NCBI GenBank assembly: GCA_947458095.1
Contig: CANGYO010000001.1
Location: 72,414 to 123,159 of the forward strand
DNA length: 50,746 nt
Reading direction: 5' to 3'
Source: Vampirovibrionales bacterium
GTDB lineage: Bacteria > Cyanobacteriota > Vampirovibrionia > Vampirovibrionales > JAJTHC01
Shown: positions 18,779-28,441 of the stretch, piece by piece
How positions within the stretch are numbered: position 1 is the first letter of the stretch
Layout: the number at the start of each line of letters is the position of its first letter
The notes under the pieces: generated by a model
The model's database searches: none
Seen by the model: the letters and a program-made list of their open reading frames with translations, nothing else
Told to the model about the DNA's origin: nothing
Program-made: the position numbers and the translations under genes

Positions 18779-18846
18779 ATTTTGAACCTTTTCTATATGT
18801 TTGAGTTTTCATTATTCATGCTAACATAAAAACGCAAAAGCATCAC

Positions 18847-20004
18847 TTAAAAATCGAAAAAATCGTCTTTTTTATAGGACGTTTTCACTAAGTTTAGCCG
18901 TTTTTTAACAGGGCTTAAAAAGAATAAACGCTTGGCACTTGAAACAATCACGGCGAAGGGTAAAATAAACAATACGCCCCATAAGCCAGCGACATCAACA
19001 CTAATTAACAAAATAAACATGAGAATCAGCGGATGCACATAGTAGCGTCTGTCAAATAAACGCGGGCTTAAAAATTTAGCCCGCAAGACGTGAAAGACCC
19101 CTGCAATTAAGCCTAAAATAAGCAGTTTGGTTAGTGCGAGTTGTGCCATGAGAATCAAGGCAGGCAATAAGAACCCCAACCAAGGACCTAATACAGGAAT
19201 AAAACAGAGAATCGCATAAATAAAAGCAAGCAATCCAGCATAACTGAGACCTAAGCCTTGAAAGACGACGTACATAAAAACGCCAGACACCACCGCAATC
19301 ACCGCATAGGCTTTTACGGTGCGAAACATTAATACTTGGCTGAGAACAACGCCTCGAGCCAAGCGATTATTGCGACTATTCGGCAAAAAGAGCGTCACCA
19401 ATTTGGTGATTTTAGCACCGTCTACCAAAAGATAAAGCGAAATCAACTGCCCCATTAAAATGTAGAAGAGGGGGGTAATACTTTTAGAACCTAAGGTGTA
19501 TAAGCCCCCCACCAAGTGGCTTTTCAACAAATGCAGTTGATCGGTAATGACGTGTGGCAAGCTAAAGTCTAAGTCTTTTTGAAGCTGCCATAAGAGGCCT
19601 TCTACCCGATGAAAGGCTTTGGGGATGAATTGCTGTAATTCATTGAATTGAACGCTTAAGGACGGCAAAATCGTGATGATAAACACCAAGAAAAAGAAAA
19701 TAATACAGGCATAGGCAATTACCACACTGACGTGGCGAGACACTTTGAAAACAGGTTGCTTAAAAATTTGACAATAAGCCTTGATGATAATATTGAGTAC
19801 GGCATCGACAAATAAAACCCAGCATAAAATAATGAAGGTGAAATTGTAGGCCCCCACCAGCATCATGATCTCGTTAAAGAGTAATTGAATAAAGTGAAAA
19901 CATCCAATAAGGAGTAAGAACGCTCCTAAAAGGCCTAAGTTTATTTTGAGCCATCGGTAAGAGGGCGGTATGGATGAAGGTTTGACAGATATAGAAGGAG
20001 GCAT
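18847..20004 (-). CDS. AI-2E family transporter
   Basis: Multiple TM segments; YLLVDG, FIPVLG, P+LF...VHP and GLWG motifs. Confidence 0.8.
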   Translation of the reverse strand: MPPSISVKPSSIPPSYRWLKINLGLLGAFLLLIGCFHFIQLLFNEIMMLVGAYNFTFIILCWVLFVDAVLNIIIKAYCQIFKQPVFKVSRHVSVVIAYACIIFFFLVFIITILPSLSVQFNELQQFIPKAFHRVEGLLWQLQKDLDFSLPHVITDQLHLLKSHLVGGLYTLGSKSITPLFYILMGQLISLYLLVDGAKITKLVTLFLPNSRNNRLARGVVLSQVLMFRTVKAYAVIAVVSGVFMYVVFQGLGLSYAGLLAFIYAILCFIPVLGPWLGFLLPALILMAQLALTKLLILGLIAGVFHVLRAKFLSPRLFDRRYYVHPLILMFILLISVDVAGLWGVLFILPFAVIVSSAKRLFFLSPVKKRLNLVKTSYKKDDFFDF

Positions 20005-20013
20005 AAGGGTTTC

Positions 20014-21255
20014 TCAATAGGTAGAGGCTTTTGTAGGGGCAAGGGCATCGGGTTCCTGATCATTAAATTGAAAGGTTTTAAAGCGTTTCAACGTGACCAA
20101 CGTAATCGCAGCTAAGGGAATGGCAAGTAAAATGCCTAAGACGCCACCGAGTTTTCCACAAATAATAAGGGACACAATAATAAACACAGGGTGCATGCCT
20201 AAGGCATTGCCAAACAATTGCGGTTGAATGATATTGTCTTTCAAGGTTTGCCAAAGGTAACTACTGGCAAAGACGCCGAACAAGGTGGCAAAGTCGCCTG
20301 TTAAGGCAATCATGAGTAGAGCGGGGGTAAAACCAATATAAGTCCCCACCACAGGGAGAATCTCGGCAATGGCAAAAATACTAGCGAGGAGTAAGGCATA
20401 ATTCACGCCAAACACACTGTAAATCACAAACATGTAAAGCCCTGTGAGCATCCCTAAGAAGACTTGCCCTTGTACAAAGGCGAGCATAATCTTATGCAGG
20501 TCATCGACAAAGTTTTGGACGTGTTGCCGTAAGCCGAGCGGTAAATGTGTGTACATGCCACTTATGGTGCTTTGCCCTTCTAGTAAAGCGTAAAAGACAT
20601 ACACAATCAGCAGTACCGTCCATAAAATGCGGGTTAAGCCCACACTTAAAAACACGTTGCCTTCCCCTACACTGAATTGAAACCATGCAGCAATGGACTG
20701 CATGATCGCAGGGGGTACACGCCAAGTCATGGGGCGAAGGGCATCGTAAGATTCAATAAAGGGAACGGCCTTAATGACGGGAATTAAGGAAGGATAGTGA
20801 TGCCCTATTGTATCGAGCTTTGATTTAAGCCCAAGGGTCATTTGAGTCAAGGCATACGGAAAGTCTTTTAAAAAGGCGAGGGTTTCTAGTTTTAAGGTCG
20901 GCACGACTTGAGTAAGTACGATTGAAATCACGTAAAGTCCGATAAAATAAACCGCCGAAAGCACCATAAGCCGTAAGAGTTTTTTACGTTCTCCGAAAAA
21001 AGACGGACGCCTCCATAACGCCATGGCAATCACATCAAAGAGTTTGAGTAAACCCTTTTCAAGCCACAAGACAGGGGCAAGTAAGAGGTAAACAAAGACG
21101 GTGCCTACCACCAAAAGCGAAACGGTTAAGGGGAGCAACCCAGCGATGTAGCCAAGCGCGTAGATGTTTAGAAAGAATAAGACGCTGACCCATAGACGGG
21201 TGGTGTAACGGTCTAAAGTGGGCATGGACGTGACACGAAAGGGTTGCGTGAACAC
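20014..21255 (-). CDS. AI-2E family transporter
   Basis: FVQGQV, ILPVVG, DNIIQPQLFGNALGMHP and GGVLGILLAIP motifs. Confidence 0.88.
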   Translation of the reverse strand: MFTQPFRVTSMPTLDRYTTRLWVSVLFFLNIYALGYIAGLLPLTVSLLVVGTVFVYLLLAPVLWLEKGLLKLFDVIAMALWRRPSFFGERKKLLRLMVLSAVYFIGLYVISIVLTQVVPTLKLETLAFLKDFPYALTQMTLGLKSKLDTIGHHYPSLIPVIKAVPFIESYDALRPMTWRVPPAIMQSIAAWFQFSVGEGNVFLSVGLTRILWTVLLIVYVFYALLEGQSTISGMYTHLPLGLRQHVQNFVDDLHKIMLAFVQGQVFLGMLTGLYMFVIYSVFGVNYALLLASIFAIAEILPVVGTYIGFTPALLMIALTGDFATLFGVFASSYLWQTLKDNIIQPQLFGNALGMHPVFIIVSLIICGKLGGVLGILLAIPLAAITLVTLKRFKTFQFNDQEPDALAPTKASTY

Positions 21256-21258
21256 GAA

Positions 21259-21702
21259 TTACCCTTTCTGATTGCTGGTTGAAGGGGGATCGACTTGATG
21301 AGCAGAACGGTTGGATATTGTAGCAGGGGATGGACCAGGGGTGTCTAACCAATCATTCAGGGCATTGCTTGCCCATTTTTTGAGTCCGCAAAGTCCTGAA
21401 AGCCCCCACGATTTGGCTTGATTTAATACTGAAGGCACTTTGCCAACCGAACGCTGAATGAGATCCACCCCCGAATCGATTTGTTCGACCAATCGAGCCG
21501 TATGACTGGTAATCGCACGTAAGTCTTGAATCAAGGGGACTAAATCAAAGCGGGCAATATTGACAAAGTCTAAGGCATGTTGCAATAAAAATAAGGATTT
21601 GTACAACAAGAGTGTCAATAACACACCGACAGGAATCAAGAGTAGTGTGCCTACTTCAAGCATTTTGGCCAATTGAACGTCCGCTAAGGAATGGGCAAAC
21701 AT
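21259..21702 (-). CDS. Single-TM coiled-coil protein (YtxG/DUF948-like)
   Basis: N-terminal TM followed by amphipathic helices, next to a YtxH-domain gene. Confidence 0.55.
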   Translation of the reverse strand: MFAHSLADVQLAKMLEVGTLLLIPVGVLLTLLLYKSLFLLQHALDFVNIARFDLVPLIQDLRAITSHTARLVEQIDSGVDLIQRSVGKVPSVLNQAKSWGLSGLCGLKKWASNALNDWLDTPGPSPATISNRSAHQVDPPSTSNQKG

Positions 21703-21741
21703 AGGATTTTTTCTCTCTCTTCCTAGATAAGTAACGAAGGC

Positions 21742-22131
21742 TTAAATCGCTTCGCTTTCTTGTGTCTGTGGTGCGGCACCTTCCGTGTCGAGATCGTCAT
21801 CGTTCCATGACTCATCTTCACGAAACTTGGCTTCGTTGATCTTTTTAGCGTCTTGGCTGGCTTGCCATTTATTCCAACGCTTTTCGAGTGAATAGCGTTT
21901 TTCATCTAAAAATTGACGAGCCTTGCTATAAGGGTTTTCGACTTCTTCTTTGAGGTGTTCAACGCCTTCCTTAAGATCTTCACTGGTGTCATCTACCCAT
22001 TTTTTAGCCAAACGACGGTTTTCTGTTCCGCTATTGGGGCTGTAAAGAAGACTAAGTAAGGCGCCTGTCAAGGCACCGACGAGTAGTCCTGCCAAAAAGT
22101 TTTGTAAGGAATTGTCTTGAGATTTGGACAC
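21742..22131 (-). CDS. YtxH-domain protein
   Basis: FLAGLLVGALTGALLSLLYSPNSGTENR matches the YtxH signature. Confidence 0.85.
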   Translation of the reverse strand: MSKSQDNSLQNFLAGLLVGALTGALLSLLYSPNSGTENRRLAKKWVDDTSEDLKEGVEHLKEEVENPYSKARQFLDEKRYSLEKRWNKWQASQDAKKINEAKFREDESWNDDDLDTEGAAPQTQESEAI

Positions 22132-22240
22132 GGTTAGGGGTCTCCTTTTTCTTGAAGATGAAAGTCTGTCTATAGTTTAGTGCTTTTAGCGGATTTTTGC
22201 AAACGTTTTTATAAAATATAAACAATTTAAGGGGCATCTC

Positions 22241-22315
22241 ATACCATTTAAACGAATGAAAAGCGACTAGGCTCCTAGAATACACCTGTACGCTATTTAA
22301 ACTGTGAACTGGTAT
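22241..22315 (-). mobile_element. Truncated R1 MITE
   Basis: ctaggctcctagaatacacctgtacgctatttaaactgtgaactggtat is the reverse complement of the R1 left end. The element is bounded by ATACCA/TGGTAT. Confidence 0.75.
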
Positions 22316-22393
22316 TAATAAAACACTATATCATAAACCGCTTGTGTTAAGATGAAGAGAAAGAAGCAGAGCCTTCAAACATGATGAAAGGAA

Positions 22394-23377
22394 ATGATCA
22401 TGCCCGACAATACAGGACTTCTTTGGGACGGTGCAACCTTAAGCCTTAGCACTGTTGACTTGCCCCCCCTTAAGACAAAGGAAGCCCGCATTCGAGTCAC
22501 GCTTGCAGGTGTTTGCAATACGGATTTAGAAATCATCAAAGGGTACATGGGCTTTCAAGGCATCTTGGGGCATGAGTTTGTCGGCGTGGTTGAAGAAGCT
22601 CCCGATGCCCCCCAATGGCTAGGCAAAAGGGTTTGTGTGGATATTAACGCTGCGTGCGATGAAGCCATTAACATGCAAACCTGCGAAACCTGTGCCAATC
22701 CGCACCACTGCCCCAACCGTTCGGTCATCGGTATTGTCAATCATCACGGAGCCTTTGCCCATTATGTGACGGCACCGATTCGTAACCTTTATGAAGTGCC
22801 TGATTCGGTGAGCAATGACGCCGCCGTTTTTGTCGAACCGCTCGCCGCTGCTTTTGAAATTGTCGAACAAGTCCAGATTCAAAAAAGCGATAAAGTGGTG
22901 GTGCTTGGCGACGGTAAGCTGGGTTTGTTGATCGCCATGGCATTGCGTTTGCATAGCGAAAACGTCACACTGGTGGGACGCCACCCTGAAAAGCTCGCCT
23001 GTGTCGAAGGCCTAGGCATTCACACCGTTCTAAGTAACGAAACAAGCCCCCTCGTCGGAGCCGATGTCGTCGTTGAAGCCACAGGCACGGCAGGCGGCAT
23101 TGAAGAAGCCATTGCTCTATTAAAACCCCGAGGCGTGCTGGTTTTAAAAAGCACGGTAGCGGATACCAAAGGCTTGAACTTGGCACCTGTTGTGGTGAAT
23201 GAGCTGACGATTGTGGGGTCACGCTGTGGACCGTTTGATGTGGCACTTCAAGCCCTTGCCAGTGGTGAATTGCCTGTGCATCGTTTGATTCAGCATCGTT
23301 TTGCCTTGGCAGATGGCGTCCATGCACTTGATGTGGCGGGTCAAAAAGGGATGCTCAAAGTCTTGCTTGAAATATAA
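22394..23377 (+). CDS. Zinc-dependent MDR alcohol dehydrogenase
   Basis: AGVCNTD, GHEFVG, EPLAAA, GDGKLG and GSRCGPF motifs. Confidence 0.9.
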   Translation: MIMPDNTGLLWDGATLSLSTVDLPPLKTKEARIRVTLAGVCNTDLEIIKGYMGFQGILGHEFVGVVEEAPDAPQWLGKRVCVDINAACDEAINMQTCETCANPHHCPNRSVIGIVNHHGAFAHYVTAPIRNLYEVPDSVSNDAAVFVEPLAAAFEIVEQVQIQKSDKVVVLGDGKLGLLIAMALRLHSENVTLVGRHPEKLACVEGLGIHTVLSNETSPLVGADVVVEATGTAGGIEEAIALLKPRGVLVLKSTVADTKGLNLAPVVVNELTIVGSRCGPFDVALQALASGELPVHRLIQHRFALADGVHALDVAGQKGMLKVLLEI

Positions 23378-23431
23378 ATGGTTTCATGTTTATATATGGG
23401 TGTAAATGCTAGCTTTAAGGAAAAAATCATC

Positions 23432-24172
23432 ATGATGTCTAACCTTTCACAGAAGCCCCGTATTCTAATCGTCGATGATGAACGTGACTTGGTGCGTTTG
23501 GTGAAATACAACGTCGAACAAGCAGGCTACGAAGTCTATACCGCCTATAACGGCGCCGAAGCACTCGATTTGGCGTGGACAAAACAACCTGATGTCATCG
23601 TCTTAGATCTCATGTTGCCCGACTGCCGTGGTTTTGAATTGTGCCATGAAATCAAGCAGGCATTGAATCCCAACCGCCCCAACAATCCTGTGCGTGTGAT
23701 TATGTTGACGGCTCGTTCGGCGGAAAACGATCGGGTGCAAGGCTTTGAGTTCGGTGCGGATGATTACGTCACCAAGCCTTTTAGTCCTCGAGAGCTGGTC
23801 TTGCGGATTAAGGCGATGTTGAATCGTGGCGTACAGCAAGAAGGCGGTAAAGAAAAATCCAGCGTGCTTGAAAATGGATGCATTAAAATGGATACCAACG
23901 CCTTTCGGGCGTGGGTTGAAGACACTGAAATGCAGTTGACGCCCATAGAGTTTAAGATCCTGCACACCTTGCTGAAGGTGCCGAATACGGTTAAAACCCG
24001 TGAGCAATTGCTTTATGATGTGTGGGAAGACACCGCAACGGAAATACTTGACCGTACGGTTGATGCCCATGTTAAGCGTCTACGTTCTAAAATGGGCAAG
24101 GCTCGTGATATGTTGGAAACGGTTCGAGGTGTTGGCTATCGCTTAGAAGCAGTCTCCTCTTTCACCCCCTAA
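23432..24172 (+). CDS. OmpR/PhoB-family response regulator
   Basis: IVDDE, LDLMLP, IMLTAR, GADDYVTKPFS, RTVDAHVKRLR and TVRGVGY motifs. ATG at 23432 follows AAGGA. Confidence 0.93.
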   Translation: MMSNLSQKPRILIVDDERDLVRLVKYNVEQAGYEVYTAYNGAEALDLAWTKQPDVIVLDLMLPDCRGFELCHEIKQALNPNRPNNPVRVIMLTARSAENDRVQGFEFGADDYVTKPFSPRELVLRIKAMLNRGVQQEGGKEKSSVLENGCIKMDTNAFRAWVEDTEMQLTPIEFKILHTLLKVPNTVKTREQLLYDVWEDTATEILDRTVDAHVKRLRSKMGKARDMLETVRGVGYRLEAVSSFTP

Positions 24173-24186
24173 ATTAAGGATGCTTT

Positions 24187-24531
24187 GTGATGACTACGTT
24201 AGAAAACTGCTTATTTTGTAAGATTGTGGCTGGCACCATTCCTGCTCAACTCGTGTTTCAGGACGAAGACATTACGGCTTTTTATGATGTGAATCCACAA
24301 GCCCCTGTGCATGTTTTGATTATTGCCAATACGCATACGGCGAGCCATTTAGAAACCGACGATCCCACGATTTATGCCCAAGTCTTGGCTGGAGCCAAAA
24401 AAGTGGCTCAACAGCTTACACTCACGGATTATCGCCTGGTCATTAACAATGGAGCAGGTGCGGGGCAGAGTGTGTTTCACCTGCATGTGCATTTAATGGC
24501 AGGGCGTCCGTTTGCGTGGCCTGCAGGTTAA
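24187..24531 (+). CDS. HIT (histidine triad) nucleotide-binding protein
   Basis: CLFCKI, PQAPVHVLII and AGQSVFHLHVH motifs. Confidence 0.93.
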   Translation: MMTTLENCLFCKIVAGTIPAQLVFQDEDITAFYDVNPQAPVHVLIIANTHTASHLETDDPTIYAQVLAGAKKVAQQLTLTDYRLVINNGAGAGQSVFHLHVHLMAGRPFAWPAG

Positions 24532-24556
24532 TACCATTTAAACGGTGAACTGCTAT
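24531..24556. repeat. 26-bp collapsed remnant of the R1-type element
   Basis: ataccatttaaacggtgaactgctat equals the two ends of 22241-22315 joined at ATTTAAAC, with 2 mismatches. Confidence 0.6.
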
Positions 24557-25449
24557 TAGTACACTTCAATATGCCAGCGTTTTTCAGCCTTAAGCTGTTC
24601 GTACAAGGTGTTCCAATCCACACCATGTTCTTGTCCTGCTTGCTCTAAGGATTTCAAAATACCGTCTTCCATGCCACGCAATCCGCAGATGAAGAAATAG
24701 GTATTGGGGTCTTGCAATAAGGTGAAAATCGTGTCACGGGCTTCAAACAACAAGTGCTGTACATAAAGACGTTGACCTTCCGCATTTTGCTGTTCACGAC
24801 TAAACGCCGTGTGCAAATGGAAGCTTTCATGCTTGGCTTGAAAATCTTTCAATTCCTCTTCATACAAGTAATCGCTACTGTATTGTGCGCCAAAAAACAA
24901 GTGCGTTTGCCCTGTTTCTTGAACACGTTCACCGTAACGGGTTTGTAAAAACGCACGAAACGGAGCAATCCCTGTGCCAGTCGCCACCATAATCAAGTTG
25001 GTATTCGGCGTGCTTGGCAATAAGAAAGACTTGCCGACAGGTCCAGTCACTTGCAATTCATCGCCGACTTTTAAATCGCCTAAATAGTTGGAACAAACGC
25101 CTTTGACCAAGGTGCCGTCTTCAGCGGTGAACAAAACACGTTTGACGCAAATACTCACGGTTTTACCTTCACCGTCGTCACCAATACTGGGTGATGCAAT
25201 GGAATACAAACGCAATTTGTGAGCCTTCCCATCGGCATCGATGCCTTCAGGCAAGACGCCTAAACTTTGACCGTCTAAATAGCGATACGCCGAACCTTCT
25301 AAGTCGATTTGAATGTGACGCACTTCATTGGGCGAACCTTCTTTCGTGATGACGTCATTTTTTAAAACTTTCGCCGTCAAGGGATCTTTGACTTTATAGA
25401 TATTTGAAGGGATATCTTGCGTTTCGGGGTTGGTTTGAGTCGTAGACAT
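24556..25449 (-). CDS. petH: Plastidic/cyanobacterial-type ferredoxin-NADP+ reductase (short form)
   Basis: KLRLYSIAS, GVCSNYL, TGPVGK, MVATGTGIAPFR, AFSRE, ICGLRGME motifs and a C-terminal WHIEVY. Confidence 0.88.
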   Translation of the reverse strand: MSTTQTNPETQDIPSNIYKVKDPLTAKVLKNDVITKEGSPNEVRHIQIDLEGSAYRYLDGQSLGVLPEGIDADGKAHKLRLYSIASPSIGDDGEGKTVSICVKRVLFTAEDGTLVKGVCSNYLGDLKVGDELQVTGPVGKSFLLPSTPNTNLIMVATGTGIAPFRAFLQTRYGERVQETGQTHLFFGAQYSSDYLYEEELKDFQAKHESFHLHTAFSREQQNAEGQRLYVQHLLFEARDTIFTLLQDPNTYFFICGLRGMEDGILKSLEQAGQEHGVDWNTLYEQLKAEKRWHIEVY

Positions 25450-25512
25450 AAAAGCTTCCTTTTAAACTGGGGGGATATGATTGTTTATTTTAACATAAGG
25501 TTGGTTAAATAT

Positions 25513-25896
25513 TTAAATGGAAATTGAAAAAAAGTCGTTCGCTTCTTGTGGTGTGTCAAAAATGTTAATCATTTTTGAAATGCGAGTGACTTCAAACAAT
25601 TGTAAGACGACCGAAGTGGGTTGTACTAAGGCGATATTACCGCCTTGTTTTGCACAATGTTTGTAAATTGAAATCACCGAAGCCAAGCCAAAACTATCGA
25701 CACTTTTGACTTGTGCAATGTCAATCATGACATTTTTAAGCTTGTGAACTTCTAGCAATTGTACAATATGAGCTTTCACCATTTGACCGTTGCTGGCTTC
25801 TAAGCTACGAACGGTTATGGCGACCCCTAACGTTTGCGTGTCGAGGTGAGACACATTGAAAAAATTGGTATGTAAGGTTTCTAAAGCAATCATCAT
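25513..25896 (-). CDS. STAS-domain anti-sigma factor antagonist
   Basis: IDIAQVKSVDSFGLAS (phosphorylatable Ser) and LFEVTRI. Confidence 0.85.
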   Translation of the reverse strand: MMIALETLHTNFFNVSHLDTQTLGVAITVRSLEASNGQMVKAHIVQLLEVHKLKNVMIDIAQVKSVDSFGLASVISIYKHCAKQGGNIALVQPTSVVLQLFEVTRISKMINIFDTPQEANDFFSISI

Positions 25897-25935
25897 AAAT
25901 AAACGTCTCCACGATTTAAGTCGTCACTCTTTATT

Positions 25936-26820
25936 TTAGACGTTTAAATACTTCTTAATCGAATTAGTCGCTCCAATTCCCCCAACCAATGTACCAATAA
26001 TCACCATTAAGCCGACTACAAAATACAAGTTCTGCCCACTGCTGTCCCACTGAAAGAAGCTTAAGACACTGCGAACAAAGAACTGAAAGCTTGCCACAGG
26101 CGTGTAAGCCAATAAGGCTCCCGTTAGTCCGTAAAGGGATCCTTGTAATAAGAAAGGCATGCGAATGTACCAGTTAGAAACGCCCATCATACGAAGGATT
26201 TCAATTTCTTGACGACGTGCTTGAATCAATAAACTTAGGGTATTTGAAATAATAAAAAGCGTCAAAATCCCTAAAAAGACGGTAAAGAGCATGCCAAAAA
26301 TAGAAACCCCTTGAGCCAACTGGCGAATTTGCTGTAAAAATTCGTAAGGGTAGCGAACTTCTTCGACATCAGGCATGTTTTTCGTAAGTTTGATGATGCT
26401 TAACACGTTTGCAGGCGAATCGATTTCAAGGCGAACGGTGTCAGGCAAAGGGTTGGGAATGTCAGGCACATCGGCTTGATCCTGCAAGTAGGCTTGCCAC
26501 GATTCTTGTTTGGGGATGGATTCGGCTTTAATGACGTGCGGTAGATCTCTTAAATCAGGTTCCATATCCGCTAAATTAGCGGAATCTTTGAGATACACGC
26601 TTATGGCGACTTGGCTTCCCCATTTGTCGACCAAATGTTGAGAGTCAAGGGTTAGAAGCGTTAAGGCTCCAAAAATACTGAGAATACTGGTCATGGTGAC
26701 TAAGATAATCAGGTTCATCCACCCACTACGGCGAAACCCGCCGAAGGTTTCAATAATAATGCGTTGCCCAATGCGTAAGTCTTTGGCAAAGGCATTAAAA
26801 AAAGAAGATAGACTAAACAT
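25936..26820 (-). CDS. ftsX: Cell-division permease FtsX
   Basis: ISVYL, NPLPD, ISNTL and RRQEIEILRMMG..NWYIRMPFLLQG motifs; follows ftsE. Confidence 0.92.
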   Translation of the reverse strand: MFSLSSFFNAFAKDLRIGQRIIIETFGGFRRSGWMNLIILVTMTSILSIFGALTLLTLDSQHLVDKWGSQVAISVYLKDSANLADMEPDLRDLPHVIKAESIPKQESWQAYLQDQADVPDIPNPLPDTVRLEIDSPANVLSIIKLTKNMPDVEEVRYPYEFLQQIRQLAQGVSIFGMLFTVFLGILTLFIISNTLSLLIQARRQEIEILRMMGVSNWYIRMPFLLQGSLYGLTGALLAYTPVASFQFFVRSVLSFFQWDSSGQNLYFVVGLMVIIGTLVGGIGATNSIKKYLNV

Positions 26821-26856
26821 GTTAAACGATTCCCATTCTATATAATGCCTGCACCT

Positions 26857-27534
26857 TTAGGACGCACTACTTTGAAAGACGCCATCCGCCACGATTTGGC
26901 TCGATTCGATGGCAATGACTCGCTTCTGCATTTGTTCGACCAAAGCTAAGTTGTGGGTGCTGATTAAAACAGTGGTGCCTCGTTGATTGATTTGAAGCAA
27001 CAAGTTCATGATTTCTTCGGAACTTTGGGGATCCAAGTTCCCTGTTGGCTCATCGGCAATGACCAAGTTTGGCCCGTTGACGATGGCTCTGGCAATGCCG
27101 ACCCGTTGTTGTTCCCCACCCGACAGTTCTTCAGGCACCGCATCGACCTTGTCGATTAAGCCGACGACTTTCAACGCCCCAATCACCCGCCGACGCACCT
27201 CATTCGGCGGCGTCCCCAAAGCCCGCAAGACATACGCCACGTTGTCAAAGGCGGTATGGCGTGGCAGTAGTTTGAAATCTTGAAACACGACGCCCAAGCG
27301 GCGACGTAAAAGTGGTACTTGTGAATCTTTCAGGGTCGACACATCAATACCGTCCACCGTGACCATGCCTTCAGTGGCACGTTCTTCACGATAGATGAGC
27401 TTCATAATGGTGGATTTACCTGCCCCTGAAGGACCGACCAAGAAGACAAATTCGCCTGATTCAATGGTGAAATTGACGTCACGCAAAGCATCTTGGTTGC
27501 CGTAACGTTTGGTGACTTCGGTAAACTCGATCAT
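26857..27534 (-). CDS. ftsE: Cell-division ATP-binding protein FtsE
   Basis: GPSGAGKST, GVVFQDFKLL, LSGGEQQRV and ADEPTGNLD motifs. Confidence 0.95.
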   Translation of the reverse strand: MIEFTEVTKRYGNQDALRDVNFTIESGEFVFLVGPSGAGKSTIMKLIYREERATEGMVTVDGIDVSTLKDSQVPLLRRRLGVVFQDFKLLPRHTAFDNVAYVLRALGTPPNEVRRRVIGALKVVGLIDKVDAVPEELSGGEQQRVGIARAIVNGPNLVIADEPTGNLDPQSSEEIMNLLLQINQRGTTVLISTHNLALVEQMQKRVIAIESSQIVADGVFQSSAS

Positions 27535-27576
27535 AGAAACCTCACAAAATTAAGTGTTGTGCTTTTAATTAAACCA

Positions 27577-28377
27577 TCAACACGCAATAAAGTCACTATC
27601 TTGCCAAAACACCCCCAAACACGGATCAACCAAACACGGCAAACCAAGAGCCTCTTCAACGCCTGCAAGGAGCAAGGCTTCCGCATGCCCCCCTGTCAAA
27701 ATAACCGCAGGAGCCTCCGCCCCAAAATGAGCCGACACCTGCTCACGCACGGCATGAGCCAAGCCCAACACATACGGACGATGCCCCCCATACGCCAAGG
27801 CGGTTGAGGTATCAATGCCTAAAGCAAGAGAAGGCTCTTCACTAAAAGATGTTGCCAAATGAGGGGCTTTTTCAAACAGTGCCTCTTGCCACACGCCGTA
27901 ACCCGATTGAATCCATCCGCCTAAATGCGTGTTGGCTGAAATGAAATCCACCGTCGTGGCTGTGCCTGCTGAAATCACCACAAGCGAAGGGCTTTCCACC
28001 GCTTGACGAGCCGCCACAATGTGAAGCATGCGATCCAAGCCGAGTTGAGCCGTGTTGTAGTGCCATGTTTCTAAGGCTGGTAAAAGCGTCGCTTTTTCGA
28101 GGGGGTGAAGCTCCCACACGTTTAACGCCTCTTTCAAAATTGCTTGAGAGGTTTCTGGTAAAGACGACCGCCACCGCAAAGTTTGGGCATTTTGAGCCTT
28201 TAAGAAATCCAGCAAATGCGTGGGATTTTCTAAAATGGACTGCGTTAAAAAACGCCTTACTTGCACCTGATTTTCGGCATCCTTAAAAAACACTTTGATT
28301 GCTGTATTGCCAGCGTCCATATCGTGTGTACAATAAGAAGTATGAGGGGCTTGACTTGTTTTGGCGACCGTATTCAT
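27577..28377 (-). CDS. coaX: Type III pantothenate kinase
   Basis: DAGNTAIK, LGLDR, AGTATTVD, HLGGWI and ILTGG motifs. ATG at 28377 chosen to avoid overlap with the divergent gene. Confidence 0.85.
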   Translation of the reverse strand: MNTVAKTSQAPHTSYCTHDMDAGNTAIKVFFKDAENQVQVRRFLTQSILENPTHLLDFLKAQNAQTLRWRSSLPETSQAILKEALNVWELHPLEKATLLPALETWHYNTAQLGLDRMLHIVAARQAVESPSLVVISAGTATTVDFISANTHLGGWIQSGYGVWQEALFEKAPHLATSFSEEPSLALGIDTSTALAYGGHRPYVLGLAHAVREQVSAHFGAEAPAVILTGGHAEALLLAGVEEALGLPCLVDPCLGVFWQDSDFIAC

Positions 28378-28441
28378 GATGCCATTATACCACAACGTTA
28401 AACGCTTATATTTTATTGTATTGACGAAATGAAGGAAGACC

